Positions 8,688 through 18,151 of a DNA stretch of 64,000 nt are shown here, piece by piece; position 1 is the first letter of the stretch, and each line of letters opens with the position of its first letter. The DNA is from Candidatus Uhrbacteria bacterium (GTDB taxonomy: Bacteria > Patescibacteriota > Patescibacteriia > UBA9934 > GWF2-40-263): contig JAHFIQ010000003.1 in the NCBI GenBank assembly GCA_023246355.1, positions 13,968 to 77,967 of the forward strand. Direction: 5' to 3'. Under the pieces are notes generated by a model. The model was not told the origin of the DNA. It did no database searches and saw only the letters and a list, made by a program, of their open reading frames with translations. The translations under genes were made by a program, and so were the position numbers.

Positions 8688-9545
8688 ATGACACAACATC
8701 GCTCTACGCTTTATCTGCTTTTGGCTGCGGTTTTGGTTTTCGGGGTTTTGTCTCTTGAGTATCACATTCATCGCACTCCCATTGCGATCGATCAGCAGAC
8801 GCCCCCACAAATCATTGAGAGTGGTCTGATGAAAGACGCCATCCCAGCCATCACAGATCCTGTCATCGAGTCGATTGCCGAGGCGGATGTGTATCTTGAA
8901 AACGATGGGCCTGGGATCGTGGTTGAGCAGAAAGGCTATGCGCGATTTTACCCATTTCAAATTTTGGTTTGGCATGAAGTGGTGAATGATACCTTTCGTG
9001 GAGAGGATATTCTCGTCACCTTTTGTCCACTCACGTATTCCTCTGCGGTGTATGAACGCACGGTGGCAGATGAAGTCGCAATTTTTGGGGTGTCTGGAAA
9101 AGTGATGGACAGCAACACCCTGCTGTTTGATGCGGCATCCGAGTCCCTGTGGTCTCAATTGAAAGGCGAGGCTATTGAAGGAGCATTCACAGGCGCCAGA
9201 CTTGTACGACTTCCGTCGACGCTCATGTCCTGGTCTGAGTTCAAGACAGCGTATCCTTACGGCGACGTCCTTTCACGGGAAACAGGTGCGGATCGGGACT
9301 ACACACAAAATCCGTACGACCAGGAAAGCTATTTCGATTCTGCAGCGGTCTGGTTTCCACTCTCTCACGAAGACGCACGACTTCCAGCAAAGACGATTGT
9401 GTATGGATACGAAGAGGACGGATCGGCAATGGCCTATCCAGAGGATTATGTGCAAGATGAAACAGACGATCGAGTGCTCAGACCTGCCTACTGGTTTGCC
9501 TGGGCATCTGCCTATCCTGAAACTGAAATATGGAAAGGTGGATAA
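8688..9545 (+). CDS. DUF3179-family protein
   Basis: KDAIPAITDP, WHEVVND, VTFCPLT, FGVSGK, SLWSQ, YWFAW. Confidence 0.85.
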   Translation: MTQHRSTLYLLLAAVLVFGVLSLEYHIHRTPIAIDQQTPPQIIESGLMKDAIPAITDPVIESIAEADVYLENDGPGIVVEQKGYARFYPFQILVWHEVVNDTFRGEDILVTFCPLTYSSAVYERTVADEVAIFGVSGKVMDSNTLLFDAASESLWSQLKGEAIEGAFTGARLVRLPSTLMSWSEFKTAYPYGDVLSRETGADRDYTQNPYDQESYFDSAAVWFPLSHEDARLPAKTIVYGYEEDGSAMAYPEDYVQDETDDRVLRPAYWFAWASAYPETEIWKGG

Positions 9546-9620
9546 GGTAGAATAGGTAGATAAGGTATTTCCGAATTCGATTTCTAAGATTTTTTCCACC
9601 TCGTCCACCTTATCTCCCTC
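9535..9620. repeat. Inverted pair of 9-bp tandem arrays
   Basis: AAGGTGGAT AAGGTAGAA TAGGTAGAT AAGGTA (9535-9567), then TTCCACCTC GTCCACCTT ATCTCCCTC (9594-9620). Confidence 0.8.
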
Positions 9621-9635
9621 ACTGCCCATGTTCTT

Positions 9636-10310
9636 ATGCCTACCCTCTACGTTATTGGAACTCCCATCGGGAATCTACAGGACCTCAGTGAGCGTGCAAA
9701 AACGACTCTCGCGTCTGTTGATGTTGTTCTGTGTGAGGACACCCGTGTGACCTCAAAATTATTGAGTGCCTTTGATATCCATGTTCCGACTCTGTCGTAT
9801 CACCAACACTCAGGCGCATTCAAGACAGAGAAAATTATTGCGCTGCTTGAAGGTGAAAAAAACCTTGCCCTTGTGACAGATGCTGGCACGCCGGGAATCT
9901 CTGATCCTGGTGGAAGAATTGTGGAAGAACTCGTTGAACATTTTGGCGAGGAGCTCACGATCACACCCATTCCTGGTGCATGCGCCGCTGTGACAGCGCT
10001 GTCGATTGCTGGCGTTCCTGCGGATGAGTTTGTGTTTCTCGGATTTCCTCCGCATAAGCGAGGACGGCAGTCTTTTTTTGAACGCATCTTTTTGACACAC
10101 TCAACCGTGGTATTTTACGAGAGCACACACCGAATTCTGAAAACGCTTGGCGAGCTCGCCACAAGAATGCCAGATCGCAAACTCGTTGTCTGCCGCGAAC
10201 TCACCAAAATGTATGAAACGATTTATCGCGGTACGGCTTCTGAGGTGACAGCCAAGCTTGAATCCAGTAGCATCAAGGGAGAATTTGTCATCGTTGTATC
10301 GCCCCTATGA
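9636..10310 (+). CDS. rsmI: 16S rRNA C1402 2'-O-methyltransferase
   Basis: LYVIGTPIGNL, CEDTR, DAGTPGISDPG, RELTKMYE. Confidence 0.95.
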   Translation: MPTLYVIGTPIGNLQDLSERAKTTLASVDVVLCEDTRVTSKLLSAFDIHVPTLSYHQHSGAFKTEKIIALLEGEKNLALVTDAGTPGISDPGGRIVEELVEHFGEELTITPIPGACAAVTALSIAGVPADEFVFLGFPPHKRGRQSFFERIFLTHSTVVFYESTHRILKTLGELATRMPDRKLVVCRELTKMYETIYRGTASEVTAKLESSSIKGEFVIVVSPL

Positions 10311-11743
10311 ACCGTTCCTACATCACCACCACGCTTCCCTACGTCAACGCCAAACCACATATTGGTTTTGCCCTTGAGATTGTGCAAGCAGATGTGCTGG
10401 CTCGTGTGTTTCGTTTGAAAGGGTCAGAAGTGATTTTTAATACCGGGACGGACGAACACGGACAAAAAATTTACGAACGTGCGGTCGCCGAAGGAAAAGA
10501 TCCTCAGACCTATGTGGACGAGTATGCAGCGAAATTTGATGCACTCAAATCCGCGTTGAATCTCAGCTACACACATTTCATCCGCACCAGCGATCCCGCA
10601 CACAAAAAAGCGGCTCAGGAATTTTGGACACGTTGTGAAACGCAAGGCGACATTTACAAGAGTCGGTACCAGGTGAAGTACTGCGTGGGGTGTGAACTCG
10701 AAAAAACAGAATCAGAACTTGTGGACGGACATTGTTCGGTTCACCCAAACATGATTCTCGAGTTGCGCGATGAGGAGAATTATTTTTTTCGATGGTCCAA
10801 GTATCAAGAGAAGCTGCTGGCTCTGTACAAGCAGCGTCCTGACTTTGTTGTCCCAGAGCATCGTCTGAAGGAGATCCGTACGTTTGTGGAAGGAGGGTTG
10901 AATGACTTCAGCATCTCACGACTCAAAGAAAAAATGCCGTGGGGGGTGAGCGTGCCAGGGGATGAAGATCATGTGATGTACGTCTGGTTTGATGCGCTCG
11001 TCAATTATATTTCCACGCTCGGTTGGCCGGATGAGAGTGGCGAGTTTGCTTTTTGGCCAGGCGTGCAAGTTGCCGGCAAAGATAATTTGCGTCAGCAGTC
11101 CGCGATGTGGCAGGCCATGCTGATGTCGGCCGGCGTGGAGCCATCAAAACAGATTTTTATTCATGGTTTTATCACCTCTGATGGACAGAAGATGAGCAAG
11201 AGTCTTGGAAATGTGGTGGATCCATTTGAACTGGCGACCGAGTACGGGACAGACGCACTTCGGTATTATTTACTTCGAGAGATTCCGTCAAGTGAAGACG
11301 GCGACTTCTCCCGTGCGCGCATGGAAGAGCGCTATGCAGAGCTGGCAAATCAGCTGGGCAATCTTGTGAGTCGCGTGGCAGCCATGGCGGTCAAGTATTT
11401 TGATGGCAACCTCGATGAAGTGAAGATGGACTGGATGCCTCTCTATCAAAAACTTGGTGCTGCGATCGAGCAGTATGATTTCAAATCGTACCTCGATCAA
11501 GTGTTTGAGGTGGTCGCACAGGCAAATGATCTGGTGGACAAAAAATCTCCCTTCAAACTTGTGAAGGAAGACGAAGCGGCCGCGAAGGCTGTTCTCTCAC
11601 AGCTCTCTGTGATGATCCGTTTCGTCGGCCAAGCGCTTGCCCCGTTTCTTCCACAGACGAGCGAGGAAATTCTCCGTCGCTATGGTAAAGTTGTACTAGT
11701 AGGTGAATCACTTTTTCCCCGTCGCGACTCCTCGTCCACCTAA
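10307..11743 (+). CDS. metG: Methionyl-tRNA synthetase (short form)
   Basis: YVNAKPHIG, GTDEHG, YVWFDAL, KMSKS. Confidence 0.97.
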   Translation: MNRSYITTTLPYVNAKPHIGFALEIVQADVLARVFRLKGSEVIFNTGTDEHGQKIYERAVAEGKDPQTYVDEYAAKFDALKSALNLSYTHFIRTSDPAHKKAAQEFWTRCETQGDIYKSRYQVKYCVGCELEKTESELVDGHCSVHPNMILELRDEENYFFRWSKYQEKLLALYKQRPDFVVPEHRLKEIRTFVEGGLNDFSISRLKEKMPWGVSVPGDEDHVMYVWFDALVNYISTLGWPDESGEFAFWPGVQVAGKDNLRQQSAMWQAMLMSAGVEPSKQIFIHGFITSDGQKMSKSLGNVVDPFELATEYGTDALRYYLLREIPSSEDGDFSRARMEERYAELANQLGNLVSRVAAMAVKYFDGNLDEVKMDWMPLYQKLGAAIEQYDFKSYLDQVFEVVAQANDLVDKKSPFKLVKEDEAAAKAVLSQLSVMIRFVGQALAPFLPQTSEEILRRYGKVVLVGESLFPRRDSSST

Positions 11744-11769
11744 TCTCCCTTCGCCATCTTTTCCACCTC
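11734..11769 (+). repeat. 9-bp tandem array over the metG stop codon
   Basis: GTCCACCTA ATCTCCCTT CGCCATCTT TTCCACCTC. Confidence 0.7.
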
Positions 11770-11772
11770 ACT

Positions 11773-12276
11773 ATGGGCTTTATTGATGTCGTCCTCATCG
11801 TGATTGTTGGCGCGTTTGTCTTCTTCGGTCTGTTCTTCGGACTCGTGCACACGATTGGATCCTTGCTTGGCACGATCTTGGGAATTGTAGTTGCCAGTCA
11901 CTTTGTCGAACCGACGTTTGATGCATTCGGGTTTTTGCTTGGTGGCGGAAGCGCGGCGCGGATTATCATTTTTATTGTCTTGTTCCTGGTCGTCTCTCGA
12001 CTCTTTGGTGTACTGCTATGGTTTGTGGAGAAAATTTTTGGATTTTTTTCCATCATTCCCTTTGCCGGAACGATCAATCATCTCCTGGGCGCAGCGCTCG
12101 GTCTTCTCGAAGGCATCATCGTGGTGGGCGTGGTGCTGTTCTACGCCATGCAAGTCTTACCAGAGGACACGTTGCTCGCTGCGCTTGATTCCTCTCTTGT
12201 GGCGAACTTTCTCATGGCAACGGTCAGTGCGCTGCAGATTTTGTTCCCTGAGGCTCTCCGTGCAACGACAACCTAA
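11773..12276 (+). CDS. cvpA: CvpA family membrane protein
   Basis: D..L.....FFGLFFGLV, INHLLGAALGLLEG, LDSSLVA. Confidence 0.85.
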   Translation: MGFIDVVLIVIVGAFVFFGLFFGLVHTIGSLLGTILGIVVASHFVEPTFDAFGFLLGGGSAARIIIFIVLFLVVSRLFGVLLWFVEKIFGFFSIIPFAGTINHLLGAALGLLEGIIVVGVVLFYAMQVLPEDTLLAALDSSLVANFLMATVSALQILFPEALRATTT

Positions 12277-12295
12277 AACCTACCCCCTACAACCT
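12268..12295 (+). repeat. 7-bp tandem array over the cvpA stop codon
   Basis: ACAACCT AAAACCT ACCCCCT ACAACCT. Confidence 0.75.
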
Positions 12296-12297
12296 CC

Positions 12298-13140
12298 ATG
12301 AAATTCATCGACTCCCATTGTCATGTCCACTTCCGTGCCTACGACGGGGACATGGACACTGTCATCAAACAAACCCTGGAGGCAGGGGTTTTTATGATTA
12401 CGGTTGGCACGCAGAAAGACACGTCACGCATGGGACTTGAAGTCGCCGAGCGCTACGATGGTGTGTGGGCGACGGTCGGCCTTCATCCAAATCATTTAAC
12501 CAAGCAAGAATTTTTTGATGAGGATGAACTCGATCCCGTGAAGACTCGGGAGGAAACATTCGATATGAACATTTACCGAGAACTCGCCAAGCATCCAAAA
12601 TGTGTGGCGATAGGGGAGTGTGGACTCGACTACTACCGGATTCCCGAAGGCATTGACGTCGAGATGGTCAAAGAGAAACAGCGTGCAACCGTGCGGGCGC
12701 ACTTTGATCTTGCCACTGAGTTGAATCTTCCGGTGTCGATTCATTGTCGTGATGCCTACGGTGAGCAAGCACAGATGATTCGTGAGTATACAGAGTTTGG
12801 GAAGCTTGAGCGCCGAGGCGTGATCCACTGCTTCACAGGAACAGAATCTGAGGCGCGTGCGTTTATTGATTTGGGATTTTTTATTTCGTTCAGTGGCATT
12901 GTGACGTTTGGGAAAAATTTACAAGAAGTCGCTCGTGCTCTGCCTCTTGAAAAGCTCCTCATCGAAACGGATGCGCCGTATCTGACACCAGCGCCTGACC
13001 GTGGAAAACGCAATGAGCCATGGAGAGTAAAGTATGTGGCAGAAAAGATTGCTGAGTTGAAGGGGGTGAGTGTCGAAGAAGTTGCACGAGTCACAACAGA
13101 GAATGCGGAACGTTTGTTCCTTCTACAACCTACTCCCTAA
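12298..13140 (+). CDS. tatD: TatD family deoxyribonuclease
   Basis: IDSHCH, GLHP, AIGECGLDY, IHCRDA, IHCF, LIETDAPYL. Confidence 0.95.
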   Translation: MKFIDSHCHVHFRAYDGDMDTVIKQTLEAGVFMITVGTQKDTSRMGLEVAERYDGVWATVGLHPNHLTKQEFFDEDELDPVKTREETFDMNIYRELAKHPKCVAIGECGLDYYRIPEGIDVEMVKEKQRATVRAHFDLATELNLPVSIHCRDAYGEQAQMIREYTEFGKLERRGVIHCFTGTESEARAFIDLGFFISFSGIVTFGKNLQEVARALPLEKLLIETDAPYLTPAPDRGKRNEPWRVKYVAEKIAELKGVSVEEVARVTTENAERLFLLQPTP

Positions 13141-13152
13141 AACCTACCTCCT
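13125..13152 (+). repeat. 7-bp tandem array over the tatD stop codon
   Basis: ACAACCT ACTCCCT AAAACCT ACCTCCT. Confidence 0.75.
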
Positions 13153-13164
13153 CCCAAAATTAAT

Positions 13165-13184
13165 AGCGCCCTGAGAGGGGCGCT
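13165..13184. terminator. Hairpin between convergent genes
   Basis: AGCGCCCT-GAGA-GGGGCGCT. Confidence 0.55.
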
Positions 13185-13193
13185 TTCGTTTCG

Positions 13194-14852
13194 CTATGCC
13201 GTGGCTTCGCTACCGGCGGGCTTGGCCTTCTTGCCGCGAGGCTGACGCTTCCGCGGGGGAAGCTTGAGCTTGCCGGGTTCGGCTGCTCCGGCGGCCTCGG
13301 GCTGACTCGGCGGCGGTGCGGGCTCTTCGCTGCCTCCACCTTCCTCGCCACCTTGCGGCGGCTCGGCGGGCTTGGGCAGTTCCAGTCCCTGCGACCTCGC
13401 GAGTTCCATGAGCAGGTCCTTGCGGACCTCACGCAGAACCCAGCAGTCCCAGGCCCAGATTGCCAGACCCAGGGTCTGCACCGTGGTCTTCTTCATGATC
13501 CACGCCGCGAGAGGACATTCACCCTCGTTCTGGCGCATGGCCTTTTGCAGACGTTCCGGGGTCTTTTCACCCTCGAGGATTTCGGCGAGTGCCGGCCGGT
13601 CATGGGCATCCGTTCCTGCGATGCCCAGCGCGTGCACGATGTCGTGGCGCGCTTCGTTCACCTGATCGCGGATCCTCTCTCGGACCAGCCGTCCCATACC
13701 CTGGAGCGTATTCCTGGCCACCTCTTCGGTGGTGCCAGGGACCAACCAGCCGGTGCCGATCATGTACTCGATCGGCGGCTGCCTGATCGCCCTGCCCACG
13801 AGCGAGCCGCCGGAACCCGGATGCACGTCGTAGAGGCTCACGCCCAGGAGCGCCAGGGCGTCCATCTTGACCTCGCCCATGTCCAGCTCGTGCATCTCCA
13901 GCTTGCCAACCTCTCCGGGCAGACCCCAGACCTTGAGGGTGACCACGTTCCACCTCTCCTCGACGAGGAAGAGCTGGTCAGCCGGCACCTTCGCAGCCGT
14001 GAAGATGATGGCAGGGCTCTGCTTGGCGAGCTGCGCAACCTTGCCTCCGAGGCGAGCGACGATCGTGTAGTCGAACTTGTTGGGGTCGCTCCCTCGCGAC
14101 TTGTAGACCGGGAGCTGTCCCTTCATGGACTCAGGTCCCTGCGGCGCGAGCTGCAGGTATTCCACGGCCCGTCCGATGTTGTTTGCGATCGGCGTGACCG
14201 CCTGCCAGGCGTTCCTGGGATCCTGGGCGGCCATGCGGGCCACGACCGTGTTCCAGCGACCGATCGTTTCCACCCGGGCTAGGCCCAGGGGAATGGCACG
14301 GACGCGTCCGTTTTCGATCCCGGTGAAGGGGTCGAAGTCGCGGATGAAGATGCACAGCATCGGCTCGCCCGCACGGATCGCTCCGGTCGTCTGATCGATC
14401 GTCACGTACTCGATGAGCGATCCCAGGCCGTTGGTGACGCGCAAGGGCCGCACTTCGACGTTGAGGCGCTCGGAGGGATTCTCTGGATTGGGAAGTTCGG
14501 TCCTTCCTGCGATCACCAGATCGTAGTCGGGGACCATCTGGTACTTGGGCTTCCCATCCTCACCCAGGACCGGAGCATCACCATCCATCTCCTGTTCGAC
14601 GGTCCAGCCCACGCGTTGAGCCTCGCCACCGAAAGCGACGTGAGCCACGAAGGGGACACCTTCGATGACTTCGCCCTTGCCGTTGACGGACCAGACCGTG
14701 CACTCTTCGATGAACTTGCAACGCTCGGAGAAGGAGAGCTTCTTTCCTCCACGGACGCGATCGTTCATCATCCTGGCGGCCAGGCGGATGAGATCCGTGT
14801 AGATGGCGGCGAGTGCCGGCACGCGCTCGGGAAGAACCAGTTGAGTTGACAT
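13194..14852 (-). CDS. Large GC-rich orphan protein (552 aa)
   Basis: Long ORF with G/C-ending codons; start MSTQLV at 14852 with SD AGGAG (14861-14865); promoter TTGACA(14958-14963)-17-TAGTGT; no family recognised. Confidence 0.8.
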   Translation of the reverse strand: MSTQLVLPERVPALAAIYTDLIRLAARMMNDRVRGGKKLSFSERCKFIEECTVWSVNGKGEVIEGVPFVAHVAFGGEAQRVGWTVEQEMDGDAPVLGEDGKPKYQMVPDYDLVIAGRTELPNPENPSERLNVEVRPLRVTNGLGSLIEYVTIDQTTGAIRAGEPMLCIFIRDFDPFTGIENGRVRAIPLGLARVETIGRWNTVVARMAAQDPRNAWQAVTPIANNIGRAVEYLQLAPQGPESMKGQLPVYKSRGSDPNKFDYTIVARLGGKVAQLAKQSPAIIFTAAKVPADQLFLVEERWNVVTLKVWGLPGEVGKLEMHELDMGEVKMDALALLGVSLYDVHPGSGGSLVGRAIRQPPIEYMIGTGWLVPGTTEEVARNTLQGMGRLVRERIRDQVNEARHDIVHALGIAGTDAHDRPALAEILEGEKTPERLQKAMRQNEGECPLAAWIMKKTTVQTLGLAIWAWDCWVLREVRKDLLMELARSQGLELPKPAEPPQGGEEGGGSEEPAPPPSQPEAAGAAEPGKLKLPPRKRQPRGKKAKPAGSEATA

Positions 14853-15079
14853 GGCAGTTGCTCCTGCTCTGGTTGAGAAACACTGGCGGCTCGCCCGGCC
14901 GAAAAGATTATCGGCCGGGAAATGCCAGAGGCGAACACTACCAGCCAGACTCTCAAATGTCAATGATCGTTGGTTTCAGTTGATGATCAGTGACAATTTC
15001 AAATAAAAACCATGTTTTTTGCGTCAAACTCGCTTGACAAAGTCGATGATTTAGCCTAGGGTCGTTGTCTGGAGGACTC

Positions 15080-16078
15080 ATGAAAAAGTTCGAAGGCTGG
15101 ACGGCATTGTTTAGCCTGAAGCACAAGAAAGGTGTGAATTTCGAGGAGGCCCTGGCAGCCATTGCCGGTGACAAAGAACCCGACGCAGATGCTGACGCAG
15201 CCTTCGATGATGCCACACGTGACAGGATCCAAGACTTCCTCATGGACCAAGATGCGTTCATGAAGACGAACGCATCTGACAAGCGTCTGCCGCAGTGGAC
15301 GAAACTCACTGCGAGCATTCAAGGCGCTCCTGCACCAGCAGCCAAGAAAGCTGCAGCCCCCAAAGCAGCAGCACCAAAGCCTGCACCAGCCGCGAAGAAG
15401 CCTCCCGCTCCCGTCCAACCAGCGCCCCCACTGGCTGCGTCGACTGCTCCTGCCCCAGCTCCACCAGCACCAGCAGCAACACTGGTCCTGCCGACACGAC
15501 AATCTGCTCAACCTGTGAGCGCCAATGCTCTTGTGGCAGCTGCCAGAGCAGCGGCTCCTCCAGCACCACCAGCGTTTCAAGGATTTGGTGGCAGGGTGGA
15601 ACCACCCGATGATGGTCACGGTCGTGAAGATCGTGGCGATCGTGACAGAGGTCGAGGCCGTGATCGTGGAAACCGCGGTGAGGATGATGCTCGGAAGCAG
15701 CAAGATGAGACAGCGCGGCTTGCCAAGGAGGAAGAGGTCCGCAGGGCAGCGTTTGTGAGAGCGCACACGCCGCCAGCGGAACACGTTGCTCTTTTGCACC
15801 TTCCTCTCTACGTTCTGTGTCGAGAGAGCTATTCAGAGGTGTGCGTGAAAGCGCGCAGTTCTGATTCAGCGATTCGTGCACAGGGAGAGGCACAGTTGAA
15901 AACAAGCCTGACACTCCTGCACGGATGGCGAGACGGAAAGTCTGGCCCTGAAAAAGCGGCCATTGCCCGTCACATCCTTCGGCTCATCGACGAGCTTGCA
16001 AACAGGCGTGATCTCACGGATCCCACGTGGTTCATTTGCAACTTCGTCACAGGGAAGTGGGAAGACGCTCCCACCTAG
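15080..16078 (+). CDS. Orphan protein with a Pro/Ala/Lys linker and an Arg-Asp-Gly low-complexity tract
   Basis: SD GGAGG at 15071-15075; promoter TTGACA(15034)-17-TAGGGT; terminator at 16097-16130. Confidence 0.75.
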   Translation: MKKFEGWTALFSLKHKKGVNFEEALAAIAGDKEPDADADAAFDDATRDRIQDFLMDQDAFMKTNASDKRLPQWTKLTASIQGAPAPAAKKAAAPKAAAPKPAPAAKKPPAPVQPAPPLAASTAPAPAPPAPAATLVLPTRQSAQPVSANALVAAARAAAPPAPPAFQGFGGRVEPPDDGHGREDRGDRDRGRGRDRGNRGEDDARKQQDETARLAKEEEVRRAAFVRAHTPPAEHVALLHLPLYVLCRESYSEVCVKARSSDSAIRAQGEAQLKTSLTLLHGWRDGKSGPEKAAIARHILRLIDELANRRDLTDPTWFICNFVTGKWEDAPT

Positions 16079-16096
16079 AACCCTGACAACGGCCTG

Positions 16097-16130
16097 CCCC
16101 GTATCACTACTTGTTGTGATACGGGGTTTT
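16097..16130 (+). terminator. Intrinsic terminator
   Basis: CCCCGTATCAC-N8-GTGATACGGGG-TTTT. Confidence 0.8.
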
Positions 16131-16157
16131 CATTTGTGGACAATTTTTAAAACTCCA

Positions 16158-16186
16158 TTGACCATGCCAGCGATTTCCCGTATACT
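16158..16186 (+). promoter_or_regulatory. Sigma70-type promoter of the atp operon
   Basis: TTGACC-17-TATACT upstream of ATG 16209. Confidence 0.7.
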
Positions 16187-16208
16187 GTCCGCGCCTTTGA
16201 TTTCTATT

Positions 16209-16445
16209 ATGGCATCTGACGCACGTTACTACCGCCTGGCCATGAGAATCTTCGCTGATTTCAGCGGCACCATTGCGATCCCTGCAGTCCTTTCGGCTCT
16301 TGCAGGGAAGTGGTTTGATGAAAAATACGGCACAGAGCCACGGTATCTGATTCTGTTGCTTACCTTGGCGCTTATTCTCACGGCGGTGATCGTTGTGCGC
16401 AAGGCAAAAAAATACAGGGTCCAATATGAGGCTCTCATGAAATAA
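16209..16445 (+). CDS. AtpZ/AtpI family protein
   Basis: IAIPAVLSALAGKWFDEKYGTEP; first gene of the atp operon. Confidence 0.85.
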   Translation: MASDARYYRLAMRIFADFSGTIAIPAVLSALAGKWFDEKYGTEPRYLILLLTLALILTAVIVVRKAKKYRVQYEALMK

Positions 16446-16447
16446 GT

Positions 16448-17281
16448 ATGTCCTTGATGATTCCTCCAGCTGCGGCTGAACCACTCTTTTACCTCGGCAC
16501 GTTTCCCATCACCAACGCGATGATCAATGCTTGGATCGCTGTGGTGTTTTTTGTTTGTGTGGCTTTTGTAGCACGTCGTCGTGTGGGTCTCGTACCAAAA
16601 GGCATTCACAATGTCATCGAAGCCGCGATTGACTTCATGCTCACAGAAACACAGAAGGTCACAGGCGACATGAAGCGCGCCAAACAATTTTTGCCGATCG
16701 TGGGAACGATTTTTCTCTTCGTGCTTTTTTCCAACTGGTTGGGACTGTTGCCTGGAACAGGGTCTATCGGCATTTGGGCACAGCATGAAGGTGCGATTGA
16801 GCTTATTCCACTTTTACGACCTGCGGCCAGTGACTTGAATCTCACCCTTGCCATGGCCCTCTTTGCTGTGGTCGCCTCTCACCTGATTGGCATCATGGCC
16901 GTTGGTCCTGTCGCTCATGTGAGCAAGTTCGTAAATATTCGTGGAATTTTCCGTTCGCTCAAGAAAGGCCCCATGGCCATTGTTGTGGCTTTAATCGAAT
17001 TTGCCGTCGGCTTGCTTGAAATCGTATCTGAAATCGCCAAGGTCCTCTCGCTCTCTTTGCGATTGTTCGGTAATATCTTTGCCGGAGAGGTGCTCTTAAC
17101 CGTCATGCTGGGGATCCTTGCGTACGCTCTGCCAATACCCTTCATGTTTCTCGAGCTTCTCGTGGGTATCATCCAGGCCACGGTCTTTGCCATGTTGACG
17201 CTTGCCTACCTCACTGTTGCGACACAGAGTCATGACGAGCATGAGGAAGATCACGAACCTCGACATGCACCTGCACCCTCT

Positions 17282-17290
<9 letters not shown>
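16448..17290 (+). CDS. atpB: ATP synthase F0 subunit a
   Basis: NWLGLLPG, SLSLRLFGNIFAGE, IQATVF. Confidence 0.97.
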
Positions 17291-17539
<249 letters not shown>

Positions 17540-17605
17540 GGTAGACGGTAGACAGTAGACGGTTGACAATCTCCATGATTTCCCGTCTGCAGTTTACTGT
17601 TTACC
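17540..17605. repeat. Inverted pair of 7-bp tandem arrays
   Basis: GGTAGAC GGTAGAC AGTAGAC GGTTGAC, then GTCTGCA GTTTACT GTTTACC. Confidence 0.75.
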
Positions 17606-17614
17606 GACTCAACT

Positions 17615-18151
17615 ATGTCACAAGAAGTACAACTTGCTGCAGAGGCAACAGAGGCCGCAGGCGGCATTGGAACGCTCGGCATCAATCTGAAAATTTTTTT
17701 GGCTCAGCTTTTTAATTTTGCCATCGTGCTCGTGGTCTTGTGGAAGTGGGCGTACAAGCCCATTGTGAAATTGCTCGAAGAGCGACAAGCAAAAATTGAG
17801 AACAGCGTGAAGCAAGCCGGTGAGATTGAAAAGCGCGTGGTTGAGATTGAAAAAGAACAACAGGCAACCATCGCTGCTGCCAAGAATGACGCAGCAAAAA
17901 TTCTTGACGAGGTGCGCACAACCGCAGACGACCGCAAAAGAGTTTTGCTGGAAAAAGCAAAAGAGGAAGTGAAGGCCGTTGTCGCGCAAGGAAAAGTGCA
18001 GCTTCAGGCTGAGAAGGATCAGATGATCCGCGATGCCAGAGAAGAAATTGCCAAGATCGCTGTCGAGGCCGCGAGAAAGATTTTGAATGAAACGGTTGAC
18101 GAGAAGAAAGCGCAAAAAATGGCAGAAGCTGTTGTGGAGAAAATGGTATGA
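17615..18151 (+). CDS. atpF: ATP synthase F0 subunit b
   Basis: AQLFNFAIV...KPIVKLLEERQ, coiled coil. Confidence 0.95.
   Translation: MSQEVQLAAEATEAAGGIGTLGINLKIFLAQLFNFAIVLVVLWKWAYKPIVKLLEERQAKIENSVKQAGEIEKRVVEIEKEQQATIAAAKNDAAKILDEVRTTADDRKRVLLEKAKEEVKAVVAQGKVQLQAEKDQMIRDAREEIAKIAVEAARKILNETVDEKKAQKMAEAVVEKMV

Noticed and set aside
13353-14282. 309-aa plus-strand ORF (likewise 15056-15799, 23486-24226, 34087-34917, 8364-9158)
   Set aside because: Antisense shadows of better-supported genes, expected from GC-biased codon usage; no motifs or start signals.
14938-14949. 12-mer CTACCAGCCAGA shared with 58297-58308, upstream of two orphans
   Set aside because: It occupies different positions relative to the -35 box and the start; a single 12-mer match is weak evidence without more copies.
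15340-15680. GCACCA/GATCGT repeats as a DNA element
   Set aside because: Explained by low-complexity Pro/Ala and Arg/Asp/Gly coding sequence.
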